Shown: positions 9,093 to 19,557 of the stretch, in pieces | Position numbering within the stretch: the stretch's first letter is position 1 | Layout of the letters: every line of letters starts with the position of its first letter | From: an uncultured Acidobacteriota bacterium | GTDB taxonomy: Bacteria > Acidobacteriota > Blastocatellia > RBC074 | Direction of reading: 5' to 3' | Assembly (NCBI GenBank): GCA_963796275.1 | Contig: CAWCKY010000001.1 | Span: 352,001-416,000, forward strand | DNA: 64,000 nt | Notes under the pieces: model-generated | Databases searched by the model: none | Seen by the model: only the letters and a program-made list of their open reading frames with translations | What the model was told of the DNA's origin: nothing | Program-made: the position numbers and the translations under genes

Positions 9093-12000
9093 TTGAGGGC
9101 TTGGGATCATGAAACGCAGGCAACTTTAGAGCTGAGGTGCCCTCTTCTTGTCCTATCTGCTTCTGTTCGTCTAATATTCACCTCGCTGGGATTGGTCCAT
9201 TTAATTCGAAGAAGAAATGTCGATAGGTTAACCTTGAGTTTTCAGCGTTTCGAAGTTGATGAAAATTTTCAGCGTCTGGTCGCGGAAGTTCGCGCAGGCC
9301 GGCGGCTGGTGCAGGTTGCCGGGCTTGGTAGCGGCGCCAAAGCTCTTATGCTCGCTGCCCTGCAGCGCGCGACAGCCAGGCGTCTGGCGGTCGTCAGTCT
9401 TAAAGGCAATGAGCTTGAAGCGCTAGAACGCGATTTGAAGTTTTTCTATTGCGCCTTCAATAACCGCGCCGAATGCGATAACCAGCTCTTCACGCTGCCT
9501 TCTTCGGAAACCGATCCATATGGCGGCACTTCGCCACATGCCGATGTCCTGGAACGGCGCGCGCTTGCTCTGTGGCGTTTGACCGCGGGCGCCGGGGATA
9601 TCGTGCTGATGACCGCTCGCTCATTAATGCGGCGGTACGTGGCAATCGGTCAGATTAAGCAGGCGATTGTCACCTTGCGCGCCGGCGAAGAGCTCCCTCT
9701 CGATTACTTGATAGAACATCTCGCAGCGGTGGGTTACGTGCGTTCCGATCCGGTGGGAAATATTGGCGAGTTCTCCTGGCGCGGCGGCATTCTGGATTTC
9801 TATTCTCCCAGCGGAAGCCTGGGAAGAGATGCGGGCGCACCTATGCCTGTCCGCGTGGAATTTTTTGGCGATGAGATCGATTCTATCCGCGAATTCGACC
9901 CCGAAACGCAACGATCGATTGGCGAGATCGAAGAGACGCTGATCGTCCCCATGCGCGATGAGCGCGCTGGGGCGGAAGATTTCCGGCGCTGGGCGCAACT
10001 CGCGCGCGCTCATTGGAACGACGAGCGCTACGATCGCGCCTTGCGCGACAGGCTCACTTTCGCAGACGAGGGTGAAGAGTTTCAGGGCTGGGAATATCTC
10101 CTACCGCTGGCACAGCCGCTCGAAGCCTCGGTCTTCGATTACCTCAAGGGGATGCTCATTGTTATCGACGAGCCTGCGGAAATCGAAAAGACCGTCCGCT
10201 CGATCTTCGAAGAATCAGCCCGCGGTTATGAACGAACGGAGGCGGCGGATGAGCTCTCCCTGACGCCGGAAAAGCTCTTCCTGACTCCCGATGAGCTACG
10301 CGAACAACTGGGGAATATCGATCGTATCGATCTACGCTTGCTCGGAAACTCCGCGCTCGCATTCGAAGAAGAATTGGCAACCGAAGAGATCAGCGCAGGC
10401 GCGCTGGTCAGAGCCTCCGCCGGTGCGCGCTTCGATGCCTTCATCAGTCGCGATCCATCTGCACCGCTCTTCCTCTTTCCGCCCCATCCCGGAGCCACCG
10501 AGTTTGAAATATCATCTCGAGCAGTGCGCCGCTGGCATGGGCGCTTTGCCGACCTATCAGCAGAACTCAAACGAGAAGCCGCAGAGGCCCAGACAGTTTT
10601 CGTCCTACCGAGTAGCGGCGTGGCCGAGCGTATCGGCAAGGTGCTGAGCGAATACGAAGTGATGGGCCTTGCGCTTTGCGGAACCCGGGCCGCGGATTAA
10701 GGATTCTTCGCCCGCCGAGAACCAGTCGCACGAAAAGTCGCGCAATCAAAATCAAAATAAGATTGCGATCCCCCATCCCCAACCCGCGATTCTTATAACG
10801 GTCGGCGATTTATCAGTCGGCTTCGCCTTACCGCAGTGCCGTCTCACTGTCTATACAGAAGCTGATCTATTCGATGAAGCGATACACGCCGAACGCGAGC
10901 GGCCGGACAAATCCAAACGCTCGCAAGCATCGGCATTTCTCTCGGATTTCCGCGACCTCAAGATAGGCGATTACGTCGTACACATCGACCACGGGATCGG
11001 CCAGTTTCAGGGCCTGGTACAACTCGCAACGGGTGGCTATGAAACCTCGGCGGATGTCTACGCGCGAATGATCGGCGCTGAAACGAGAAATGAAACCAAC
11101 GGCAAGCGCGAATTCATGCTGCTCACCTATGCCGATGGCGCCAAGCTCTACGTTCCGGTGGAACGGCTAGATCTGGTGCAAAAATATTCGAGTTCCGAGG
11201 GACACACTCCCTCGCTCGACCGGCTCGGGGGCATCGCATGGCAGAAGACGAAGGCTCGGGCCCGGCGGGCGATGCGCGATATGGCCGAAGAGCTTCTGAA
11301 ATTGTACGCCGAACGGAAGCTGGTCAAAGGATATACCTTCAGCGGCGATACCCCGTGGCAACAGGAATTTGAAGACGCCTTCCCTTTCGAACTGACGCCG
11401 GATCAGGCTACTGCCATTATCGACACAAAACGCGATATGGAACAGGAGATGCCGATGGACAGGCTTTTATGCGGCGATGTCGGTTATGGGAAGACCGAAG
11501 TCGCGATGCGCGCTGCATTCAAAGCGGTCATGGACGGCAAGCAGGTAGCAGTCCTTGCGCCCACAACAGTATTGAGCTTTCAGCATTACCAGACGTTCCG
11601 TTCGCGCTACGCCGTCTTCCCGGTCCGGGTCGATCTCCTCTCCCGCTTTCGATCGCCCAAGGAACAGCGTGAGGTCGTCGCAGCGGTAGAGGCCGGCTCA
11701 GTCGACATATTGATCGGGACCCACCGCATCCTCTCGCGCGATATCAATTTTAAAGACCTCGGGCTCGTGATCGTCGACGAGGAACAGCGCTTCGGCGTCG
11801 CGCACAAGGAACGATTGAAGCAGATGAAGAAGCGGGTGGACGTTTTGACGATGAGCGCCACGCCGATCCCGCGCACACTAAACATGTCCTGCATGGGCTT
11901 ACGCGATATGTCGATTATCGAGACGCCCCCCAGGGATCGCCTTTCCATTCAGACAAACGTCGTTTTGTTTTCCGACAACATCGTTCGCAGCGCGATCGAA

Positions 12001-13017
12001 CAGGAACTGCAGAGGCAGGGCCAGGTATTCTTTGTCCACAACCGCGTCGAATCGATCGCAACGGTTGCCGAGCTGATCCATCGCATAGTTCCGTCAGCCC
12101 GGTTGGTCGTCGCACACGGGCAGATGGGCGAAAAGGAGATGGAGCAGGCCGTGCTCGATTTCGTCGATTACCAATACGATGTGCTGGTGGCGACGACTAT
12201 TATCGAGAACGGCATCGATATTCCCCGCGCCAACACGATTATCATCAACCGCGCCGACAACTATGGGCTGGCTCAGCTCTATCAGCTTCGCGGGCGCGTC
12301 GGACGTTCAAATCGCCGGGCCTATGCGTATCTTCTGATCCCCTCGGAACAAGAGCTGACGCCGATCGCGAAGCGGCGGCTGGCGGCTATCCGTGAGTTCT
12401 CGGACCTGGGTGCGGGCTTTCGCATCGCAGCGCTCGATCTGGAGCTGCGCGGCGCCGGCAACCTGCTCGGAGGCCAACAATCTGGGCACATCGAGGCGAT
12501 CGGCTTCGACCTCTACACGAGGATGCTTGAACGGACTACGCAAGAGCTGCGGGGCGAAGTCGCTGAAGAAGAGGTCAACACCCAACTCAACCTGGGCGTG
12601 GATACGCGTATTCCGGACGACTATGTCTCGGATATGAGCCAGCGTTTGCGCACCTATAAACGCATTGCCTCGACCGTTTCGGATGAAGAGCTGCACCGTA
12701 TTCGCGATGAAGTCGCCGATCGATATGGAAGATTGCCGGCCGCTGTCGAAAACCTCTTTCGCTACGCGCGCACTCGACGAGAGGCCGAACGCGCAGGCAT
12801 TGTATCGATCGATCGCGCCGGAGATAGTCTGACCATCAAACTTGGCGAAAAGGCCAGGGTCGCACCCGAAAGTCTCGTCAAGTTTCTGGCCGAGAACAGG
12901 GTCGCAACTTTCTCGCCGACGGGGGTGCTTAAAGTGAAGATGGGATTGGAGAACCGCGAAGATAGCGCCCTGCAAATCTTTGCTATATTGAACGATATTT
13001 TAAATCAATTACGATGA
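9093..13017 (+). CDS. mfd: Transcription-repair coupling factor Mfd, split by an apparent +1 frameshift near 10665; real start probably ~9234
   Basis: ORF 9093..10700 has the UvrB-homology part ([35 protein letters not shown]). ORF 10669..13017 has the CarD/RID domain ([12 protein letters not shown]), helicase motifs ([23 protein letters not shown]) and the TRCF C-terminus. Confidence 0.93.
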
Positions 13018-13245
13018 CGACTACGATGACGACGAATTTCTGTGCCGTCTCGTCAACGCGGACGCAGTGGGCGGAGAGAAAGATTAAAGACCACGCACAA
13101 TTTCGGTCGCGGCGCCGGACGTCATTAGGCTTCAATAATTCCCGACCCCTATAAAGCGCCTAAAGTCTTGCGGGCGCTAGTCTACACATCGTACAATTCA
13201 CTTTTCAATGGGTTTCCATCACTGACCCCAGCGAATGGCTGCAAT

Positions 13246-14244
13246 ATGCGAATCAAATTAATAGCTCTTGCTATTCTCCTTATGAGCTGGATGCTAGCCG
13301 GTTGCCGATCATCGGGAGCAACGCCGTTCGGATCGACCGCCGAAGATAATTCTCCGGTAATTCTATTGATCAACGGTACTCCGGAGCGCCAATCCGCCTT
13401 CGATCGATTCATCAAGGCGCGGCTCGCTGATTTCTCTTCGCAGGAGGTACAAACTCCATCGGATTATGATCAGACCCGCAGTCAACTCCTCGACCGGTTT
13501 ATTTTGCGGCAGGTGATTGTGCGTGAGGCGCAGGAGAAAAAAATAGAACCGACGGATGATGAGATCCTCCAGGCTATGGAAGCTCAACACAAGCAGACGA
13601 GCGCCTCCAATAGCGCCGTCAATTCCGAGAGTCCGGACCAGTCTCTGTCTACTCTCGAGGGCGGCGATCGAAGGGTCGAGATCTACTACGATCTGGTTAT
13701 GCTCAAATTCTATGAGCAGGAAGTGAATGAAGCCGTCAAGGTAACACCAGAGGAGATTGAAAGTTATTACAACTCAAATCCGGAGCGATTTCAGGGTAAG
13801 AACGGCTTTTATGTGCGCGAGATTCGCGTGCGGCAGCAGTCAGAAGCTGTTCGGCTGCTCCGGCAGGCGCTGGCAAAACCGCGGGATTTCGCTGTGCTAG
13901 CCAAGGAGCACTCCGAAGCGCCCACAGCGGAGAACGGCGGTTTAATTTATTATGAAACACAGCAGCTGCCGCAGGTGATGGAGCAAGCGATTGTGTCGCT
14001 TAAAGTCGGTTCGATCAGCAACGTAGTGCAGTCGAGTTATGGCTTTCATATCTTCAAACTGGAACAGCGGACAGAGCCGCTGCCGCTGGAGAAGGTAAGA
14101 AAAGAGATAGCTGAAAAAATATTGACCGAGAAGAATCAGGCGCTGATTGACGAATTCAACAGACGAGCCGTTGCCGGCGCACGGATCGAGATTTATCGAA
14201 ACCGGCTGGGGTTCAATTATAACGGGAGTCTAGCTGGGTCATGA
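13246..14244 (+). CDS. PpiC/SurA/PrsA-type peptidyl-prolyl isomerase, lipoprotein
   Basis: Lipobox LAGC; SurA-N-like region; parvulin motifs FAVLAKEHSEAPTAENGG and VQSSYGFHIFKL. Confidence 0.85.
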   Translation: MRIKLIALAILLMSWMLAGCRSSGATPFGSTAEDNSPVILLINGTPERQSAFDRFIKARLADFSSQEVQTPSDYDQTRSQLLDRFILRQVIVREAQEKKIEPTDDEILQAMEAQHKQTSASNSAVNSESPDQSLSTLEGGDRRVEIYYDLVMLKFYEQEVNEAVKVTPEEIESYYNSNPERFQGKNGFYVREIRVRQQSEAVRLLRQALAKPRDFAVLAKEHSEAPTAENGGLIYYETQQLPQVMEQAIVSLKVGSISNVVQSSYGFHIFKLEQRTEPLPLEKVRKEIAEKILTEKNQALIDEFNRRAVAGARIEIYRNRLGFNYNGSLAGS

Positions 14245-14325
14245 ATTACGCCGGGTTGTTGCGCAAGCCGGACGGGGTGTGTGCGTTCTTATGTATGGGG
14301 GGCGTAATAAAAGAGGAGATAACTT

Positions 14326-14363
14326 ATGAAATATCAATGAAATATTCAATGAAATATTCAATG
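14326..14363 (+). repeat. Tandem repeat of ATGAAATATTCA units at the start of the SurA-like gene
   Basis: ATGAAATATCA (11 nt) + ATGAAATATTCA + ATGAAATATTCA + ATG. Confidence 0.85.
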
Positions 14364-15512
14364 ATAGCTATTTTGCTGGGACTCGCGCTCATAAGCGCAC
14401 AAAAGGCTTATGCTCAGGAAGGCGAAGCGAAATTGGTCGATGAAGTGATCGCTCGCGTCGATGCAAGTGTGATCATGCGCTCAGCTTTTGAAGCCGAGCA
14501 GAAACGATTGCTCGAAGCGCTCAAACAGGAAGGGCTAAAAGGAGAGGAGCTGGAGAAAAAATTCAAGGAATATCAGCCGCAAATCCTTGATACTTTGATC
14601 AACACGCAGCTGTTGGCTAAGCGCGCCAAAGATCTTTCGATCAATGTCGAGCCGCAGGTCAACCAACAGCTATTACGATTGATGAAAGATCAAAATTGCG
14701 ACACGATCGAATGTCTGGGCCAGAAAATGCGCGATGTCGGATACGATATAGATGAAGTCCGCCGCAACATGACAGACGAGATATCCAGGCAGATGGTGAT
14801 TAATAATGAGGTGATTTACCGCATTGCAAGGGAAGCCACCGAGAAAGAGCAGCGCGAGCTCTATGACAAGTATAAATCGTCACCGGAATTCACCGAACCC
14901 GCCGAGATAACGCTTAGCCGCATCTATATCTCGTTCGGCAAGGATGCAGAACAGGCGCTTCAGCGGGCCAAAGAGATAGCCGCACAGTGCAAAGGAGGCA
15001 CCACCGACTTTGCAGCCACCGCAAAACAGTATTCGGAAGAACCCATCGGTAAAGAGGGCGGGAAACTTGGTCCGGCCATCAAAGTCGACCAGCTTACCCC
15101 AGAAATAAAGACGCTCGTCGAAAAAGCTCCGGTGGGAACCATTACCGATCCGGTGAAACTCGAGAACGGTTATTACATATTCCGGGTCGATGATCGAAAA
15201 GAAGAGAAGGTGTTGCCATTCGAAGACCCAGCGGTAAAGGAGCGTCTCACAAGCGCCATCATCCGCCAGCAAGGCGATAAAGAGGTCGAGGAGTATCTGA
15301 TTAAATTGCGCGACCAGGCCTTTATCGAAATCGATCCACGCTATCAGTTCGAGAACTCCAAGGTGAAGTCAGCTCAGATCAAACGGGTTCCTTACATGGA
15401 GGAAAAAGAGAGGAAGAGAGAGAAAGAGCGAGAGAAAAAGGAGAAGGAAAAGGAAGCCAAGGATAAGAAGTCTGAAACACCGGCAAAAACCACAGCCAAC
15501 AATAAGCCGTAG
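14337..15512 (+). CDS. SurA-like chaperone / peptidyl-prolyl isomerase
   Basis: Signal peptide ending AYA; VDEVIARVD; parvulin motifs FAATAKQYSEEPIGKEGGKLG and ENGYYIFRV; mfd-surA arrangement. Confidence 0.85.
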   Translation: MKYSMKYSMIAILLGLALISAQKAYAQEGEAKLVDEVIARVDASVIMRSAFEAEQKRLLEALKQEGLKGEELEKKFKEYQPQILDTLINTQLLAKRAKDLSINVEPQVNQQLLRLMKDQNCDTIECLGQKMRDVGYDIDEVRRNMTDEISRQMVINNEVIYRIAREATEKEQRELYDKYKSSPEFTEPAEITLSRIYISFGKDAEQALQRAKEIAAQCKGGTTDFAATAKQYSEEPIGKEGGKLGPAIKVDQLTPEIKTLVEKAPVGTITDPVKLENGYYIFRVDDRKEEKVLPFEDPAVKERLTSAIIRQQGDKEVEEYLIKLRDQAFIEIDPRYQFENSKVKSAQIKRVPYMEEKERKREKEREKKEKEKEAKDKKSETPAKTTANNKP

Positions 15513-15593
15513 TAGCTTGTTCGTGGCGGACAGGAGAGCGAGACCTGCCTCACTCGCAATCGATTAAGGAAGCTATTGTGATGAGGTAGTTTT

Positions 15594-16694
15594 ATGGACA
15601 AAATCTTCATCAGTGATCTCGTGACGAATCAGACTGTGAGCACCACCTTCCTCGTCAAATCAAAGGAACTGAGAGGCAAGAAGACCGGGGGCCAGTTCGC
15701 GTTGATCACGCTCGGGGATAAGAGTGGCGATATCATAGGTCAGTGGTGGGATAATTTCGAGGATGCTATCGATACATTTGACCGGGACGATATCGTGTTC
15801 GTGAGAGGCCTGGTCAACTGCTATCGCAATCATCTTCAGATATCCATCCATCGGATGAGGCTCTGCCAGGAACACGAGATCGATCTGGCGCATTACTTCC
15901 CGACGACCAAATTCGACGTCGAAGCTATGTTTGCCGAACTGATGAGTATCATCCGCGAGTTCCAAAACCCTTTTCTGCGGAACTTGCTCGAGAAGATATT
16001 CTCTGATGAGGCCACGGCCAGGAAATTCAAGAAAGCGCCGGCAGCGAAGACGATGCATCATCCATACCTCGGCGGTCTGCTGGAGCACACTCTATCGCTC
16101 GTCAAACTCTGCCGCAAAGTTGGCGAACATTACGAGGGGATCGATATTGATCTCCTGCAAACGGGCGCAGTATTGCACGATTTCGGCAAGATCGATGAAT
16201 TGAGCTATGAGCGCGGGTTCGGTTATACGAACGATGGGCAGATGATCGGCCATCTGGTGATGGAGACGATTATGGTCTCCGATCATATCCGCGAGATTCC
16301 GGGTTTTCCCGAGGAGTTGAGACGCCACTTGCTACACCTGCTGTTGGCGCATCACGGCAAACTCGAATACGGCTCGCCCAAGTTGCCGGTGACGCCGGAA
16401 GCGCTGATGCTCGCGTATCTCGATGATCTGGATTCAAAAATCGAGGCAATGCAAAGATTGATCTCGGAGCCGCACGCGGCGGGAGACTGGTCGCGCATCT
16501 CGCCGATGTTCGAACGGCCCATCTATCGCCGTCGCACCGTAGCGGGCGATTCTGCACTGGAACAGGCGGCTGTCGCGGCTGTCGGCTCAACACAAAATGA
16601 GAAGGCGAACGCTCATATCCTTAGATCGACCGCGCGTCCGGATAGTTTCAATACACCATTTGAGCAGTTGTCTGATTTGTTGAAGGATCAATGA
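15594..16694 (+). CDS. yhaM: 3'-5' exoribonuclease YhaM/Cbf1 family (OB fold + HD domain)
   Basis: N-terminal OB fold (LGDKSGDI); PAAKTMHHPYLGGLLEH, LHDFGKIDE, HHGKLEYGSP and DDLDSK motifs. Confidence 0.85.
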   Translation: MDKIFISDLVTNQTVSTTFLVKSKELRGKKTGGQFALITLGDKSGDIIGQWWDNFEDAIDTFDRDDIVFVRGLVNCYRNHLQISIHRMRLCQEHEIDLAHYFPTTKFDVEAMFAELMSIIREFQNPFLRNLLEKIFSDEATARKFKKAPAAKTMHHPYLGGLLEHTLSLVKLCRKVGEHYEGIDIDLLQTGAVLHDFGKIDELSYERGFGYTNDGQMIGHLVMETIMVSDHIREIPGFPEELRRHLLHLLLAHHGKLEYGSPKLPVTPEALMLAYLDDLDSKIEAMQRLISEPHAAGDWSRISPMFERPIYRRRTVAGDSALEQAAVAAVGSTQNEKANAHILRSTARPDSFNTPFEQLSDLLKDQ

Positions 16695-17320
16695 TGATTT
16701 CAGGTATTCTATTGGCCGCTGGGGAATCGAAGCGGATGCAGGGAGCGTTCAAGCCTCTACTAAAATGGGGTAAGCGCACGATTATCGGTGAATGCATTCA
16801 TCAGATGCGTAATTCACGGTTAGCCGAAATATTCGTCGTTCTCGGGCATCGCGAGCTCGACGTTCGCCAGAGCCTAGCGGGATCGGGCGTGCAGTATGCC
16901 ATCAACAAGAACTACAAAAAGGGAATGCTGAGCTCGGTCAAAACCGGACTGTCGATAATCGGCCCAAACGAGGATGCGGTTCTCATTGGGCTGGTCGATC
17001 AACCGATGATCAAATCGAGCCTGATCGATAAACTGATCCTCGCCTTCGAAGAGGGTGAAAAAGGAATTGTGTTGCCGAACTATCAAGACAAGCATGGCCA
17101 TCCGATCATAATCAGCACCGGTTATGTGGATGAAATCATGCAGATCGAAGACAACACGGAAAGCGGTTTGCGCAAACTGATCGACGCCAACCGCGGAGAC
17201 TGGCTGGAGGTGCCTGTCGATACATCCGATGTGATCGAGGACATCGACTCCCCCGAAGATTATCAGCGCCTGAGCCGACAAGTTGCGCCACTTTATGCAT
17301 ATAACAAGTGGCATCCTTAA
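16691..17320 (+). CDS. MocA/MobA-like nucleotidyltransferase
   Basis: ILLAAGESKRM, LVDQP, GHPII and DIDSPEDY motifs. Confidence 0.85.
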   Translation: MMISGILLAAGESKRMQGAFKPLLKWGKRTIIGECIHQMRNSRLAEIFVVLGHRELDVRQSLAGSGVQYAINKNYKKGMLSSVKTGLSIIGPNEDAVLIGLVDQPMIKSSLIDKLILAFEEGEKGIVLPNYQDKHGHPIIISTGYVDEIMQIEDNTESGLRKLIDANRGDWLEVPVDTSDVIEDIDSPEDYQRLSRQVAPLYAYNKWHP

Positions 17321-17350
17321 AATGTAAGGGCAAAGGGAAACAATAAGGGC

Positions 17351-17409
17351 GAAGAAAGGCAAAAGAGGCAAAAATTTTTGTCTTTTTTGCCTCTTTTTGC
17401 CCTTTTTTC
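17351..17409. repeat. Imperfect palindrome built from ~9-nt GGCAAAAGA units
   Basis: GAAAGGCAAAAGAGGCAAAAA ... TTTTTTGCCTCTTTTTGCCCTTTTTTC. Confidence 0.65.
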
Positions 17410-17445
17410 TTTTCGTGATATGAGTACCGCGATCCGCAAATTAAT

Positions 17446-18903
17446 ATGGCTTACGCAGACCTGCGAGAATTCATCAAGATTTTAGATAAGAACGGGGAGC
17501 TCAAAAGAATCGGTCTCCCGGTGTCGAGCGATCAGGAGATCACTGAGATCACTGATCGTGTGTCCAAGTCGACCGGCCACAACAAAGCGCTGCTCTTCGA
17601 GAACGTCGATGGCGGTGATATCCCGGTTTTGATCAATGCGTTGGGAAGCCGCCGGCGAATGGAATTGGCGCTCGAAGTAGATAATGTCGAAGACGTCGCC
17701 GCACGATTGACCGAATGGCTCGATTTCAAGTCCCCCGAAGGGCTGCTCGAGAAAGTGAAGATGCTGCCCAAGCTTGCTGAGCTCGGAAAATACTTCCCGC
17801 GGACCGTGAAGTCCGGACCGTGTCAGGAAGTGATAAGAGATCATGGTGAATTTTCTCTCTTCGATTTTCCGATCCTGAAATGCTGGGAAGCTGATGGCGG
17901 TCGTTTCATCACTTTCCCCATGGTCATCACCAGAAATCCGCGGACGGGGAAACGCAACTGCGGAATGTACCGCATGCAAGTCTACGATGGAGAGACGACG
18001 GGGATGCATTGGCAGATTCACAAGCACGGCGCGGCGCATCACCGCGACGAAGAGAAGCGCGGTGCCGAAAGAATGGAGGTTGCGGTGGCGATCGGCGCTG
18101 AACCGATCACGAACTTCGCCGCGACGCTTCCGCTCCCGGACGATCTCGACGAACTGATCTTCGCCAGCTTTCTCCGCGAAAAACCGATCGAGATGGTCAA
18201 GTGCCTTTCGATCGACCTCGAAGTACCTGCCACAGCGGAGATAATTCTGGAAGGATATGTAGATCCTTCAGAGAGACGGCTCGAAGGGCCTTTCGGCGAT
18301 CACACGGGTTTTTACACGCTAGAAGAACCATACCCGGTCTTTCATGTGACGACGGTCACGCATCGCAAAAAACCGATCTACCAGACGACAATCGTCGGGC
18401 GTCCTCCGATGGAAGATTATTGGATGGGTTGGGCGATAACGCGCATAACACTGCCGGTACTCAAACGCCAGCTACCCGAAATCGTCGACATGAACCTGCC
18501 TCCCGAAGGCATATTTCATAACCTCATGGTCATCTCGATTCGCAAGCAGTATCCGGGCCACGCTCGCAAGATAATGAACGCGATCTGGGGTTTGGGGCAG
18601 GCCATGTTCACCAAATGCATCGTGGTCGTCGATGAAGACGTAAATGTGCAGGACCCCGGGGAAGTCGCCTGGAAGGTTCTCAACAATATCGATCCGGAAC
18701 GCGACATTCAGTTTATGCTCGGCCCGGTCGATGTGCTGGATCACAGCTCGCGACAGACCGGATTCGGTTCGAAGATGGGAATCGACGGGACGCGTAAATG
18801 GAAGGCAGAAGGATTCGATCGCCGCTGGCCCAAAGAGAACAGCACGAGTGCGGAAGTGAAGCGGATGGTGGATGAAAAGTGGAAGAAATTAGGCCTGGGT
18901 TGA
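17446..18903 (+). CDS. UbiD family prFMN-dependent decarboxylase (menaquinone-biosynthesis type)
   Basis: NCGMYRMQ, GMHWQIHKHG, EGPFGDHTGFY, GRPPMED and GSKMGIDGT motifs. Confidence 0.92.
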   Translation: MAYADLREFIKILDKNGELKRIGLPVSSDQEITEITDRVSKSTGHNKALLFENVDGGDIPVLINALGSRRRMELALEVDNVEDVAARLTEWLDFKSPEGLLEKVKMLPKLAELGKYFPRTVKSGPCQEVIRDHGEFSLFDFPILKCWEADGGRFITFPMVITRNPRTGKRNCGMYRMQVYDGETTGMHWQIHKHGAAHHRDEEKRGAERMEVAVAIGAEPITNFAATLPLPDDLDELIFASFLREKPIEMVKCLSIDLEVPATAEIILEGYVDPSERRLEGPFGDHTGFYTLEEPYPVFHVTTVTHRKKPIYQTTIVGRPPMEDYWMGWAITRITLPVLKRQLPEIVDMNLPPEGIFHNLMVISIRKQYPGHARKIMNAIWGLGQAMFTKCIVVVDEDVNVQDPGEVAWKVLNNIDPERDIQFMLGPVDVLDHSSRQTGFGSKMGIDGTRKWKAEGFDRRWPKENSTSAEVKRMVDEKWKKLGLG

Positions 18904-19111
18904 GCAGTAAATGACAAACTGAATGCCACCTGGTAATCAGATCCAGTCAAATACATCATCGCTTCTCGCATCGCTCCACCGATTGATAACTACGGGTGGG
19001 AGGTTTTTGAAGAAGAATTTGACCCTGACCCGATGATTCATAAACGCGAGAGATCCATTAAATAGCTGCGTTAATCTCATCCGCGGCGCATGACAGAATC
19101 AGGACACCACT

Positions 19112-19462
19112 CTATTTTTGCCTTAGATAATCATCACTTCCATCTCGCCAATCCATTCTGATCGGGCTGAAGATATCGATTCCGTGGAAATCCTCGGGCG
19201 CCACAGCTTCGTGCGGGACGTTTGATGGAATCTCTACGATTTCGCCGGCCTTGAGCGTCAACTCTTGATCTCCGATTCGAAACTGCAGCGAACCGCTGAT
19301 GCAATAGCTGAACTGTTCGCTATCGTGATGGTGGCGGGGCACGACACAGCCTTTTTTCATCGTGATGAAGGCGAACGTGATATTGTCTCCGGTGAAGAAA
19401 CGGCGAGAGAAGAGATCAGTAACATTCTCTTCCGGAATTTCGCTGAGTTTGTGGTGTTTCAT
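19112..19462 (-). CDS. Cupin domain protein
   Basis: VPRHHHDSEQ and IPSNVPH cupin motifs; DIFSPIR. Confidence 0.85.
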   Translation of the reverse strand: MKHHKLSEIPEENVTDLFSRRFFTGDNITFAFITMKKGCVVPRHHHDSEQFSYCISGSLQFRIGDQELTLKAGEIVEIPSNVPHEAVAPEDFHGIDIFSPIRMDWRDGSDDYLRQK

Positions 19463-19557
19463 ACTTATCCCCTTCTTCAAAGATTCACGACAACAGACAC
19501 ATAAGAGAACACGAAAAGCATGCTAGGTGTTTTTGTGTTCTCTCATGGTGAATTTAT

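Noticed and set aside
15400-15470. Purine-rich GAGAAA tract as a DNA repeat element
   Set aside because: It encodes the Lys/Glu-rich low-complexity tail of the SurA-like protein.
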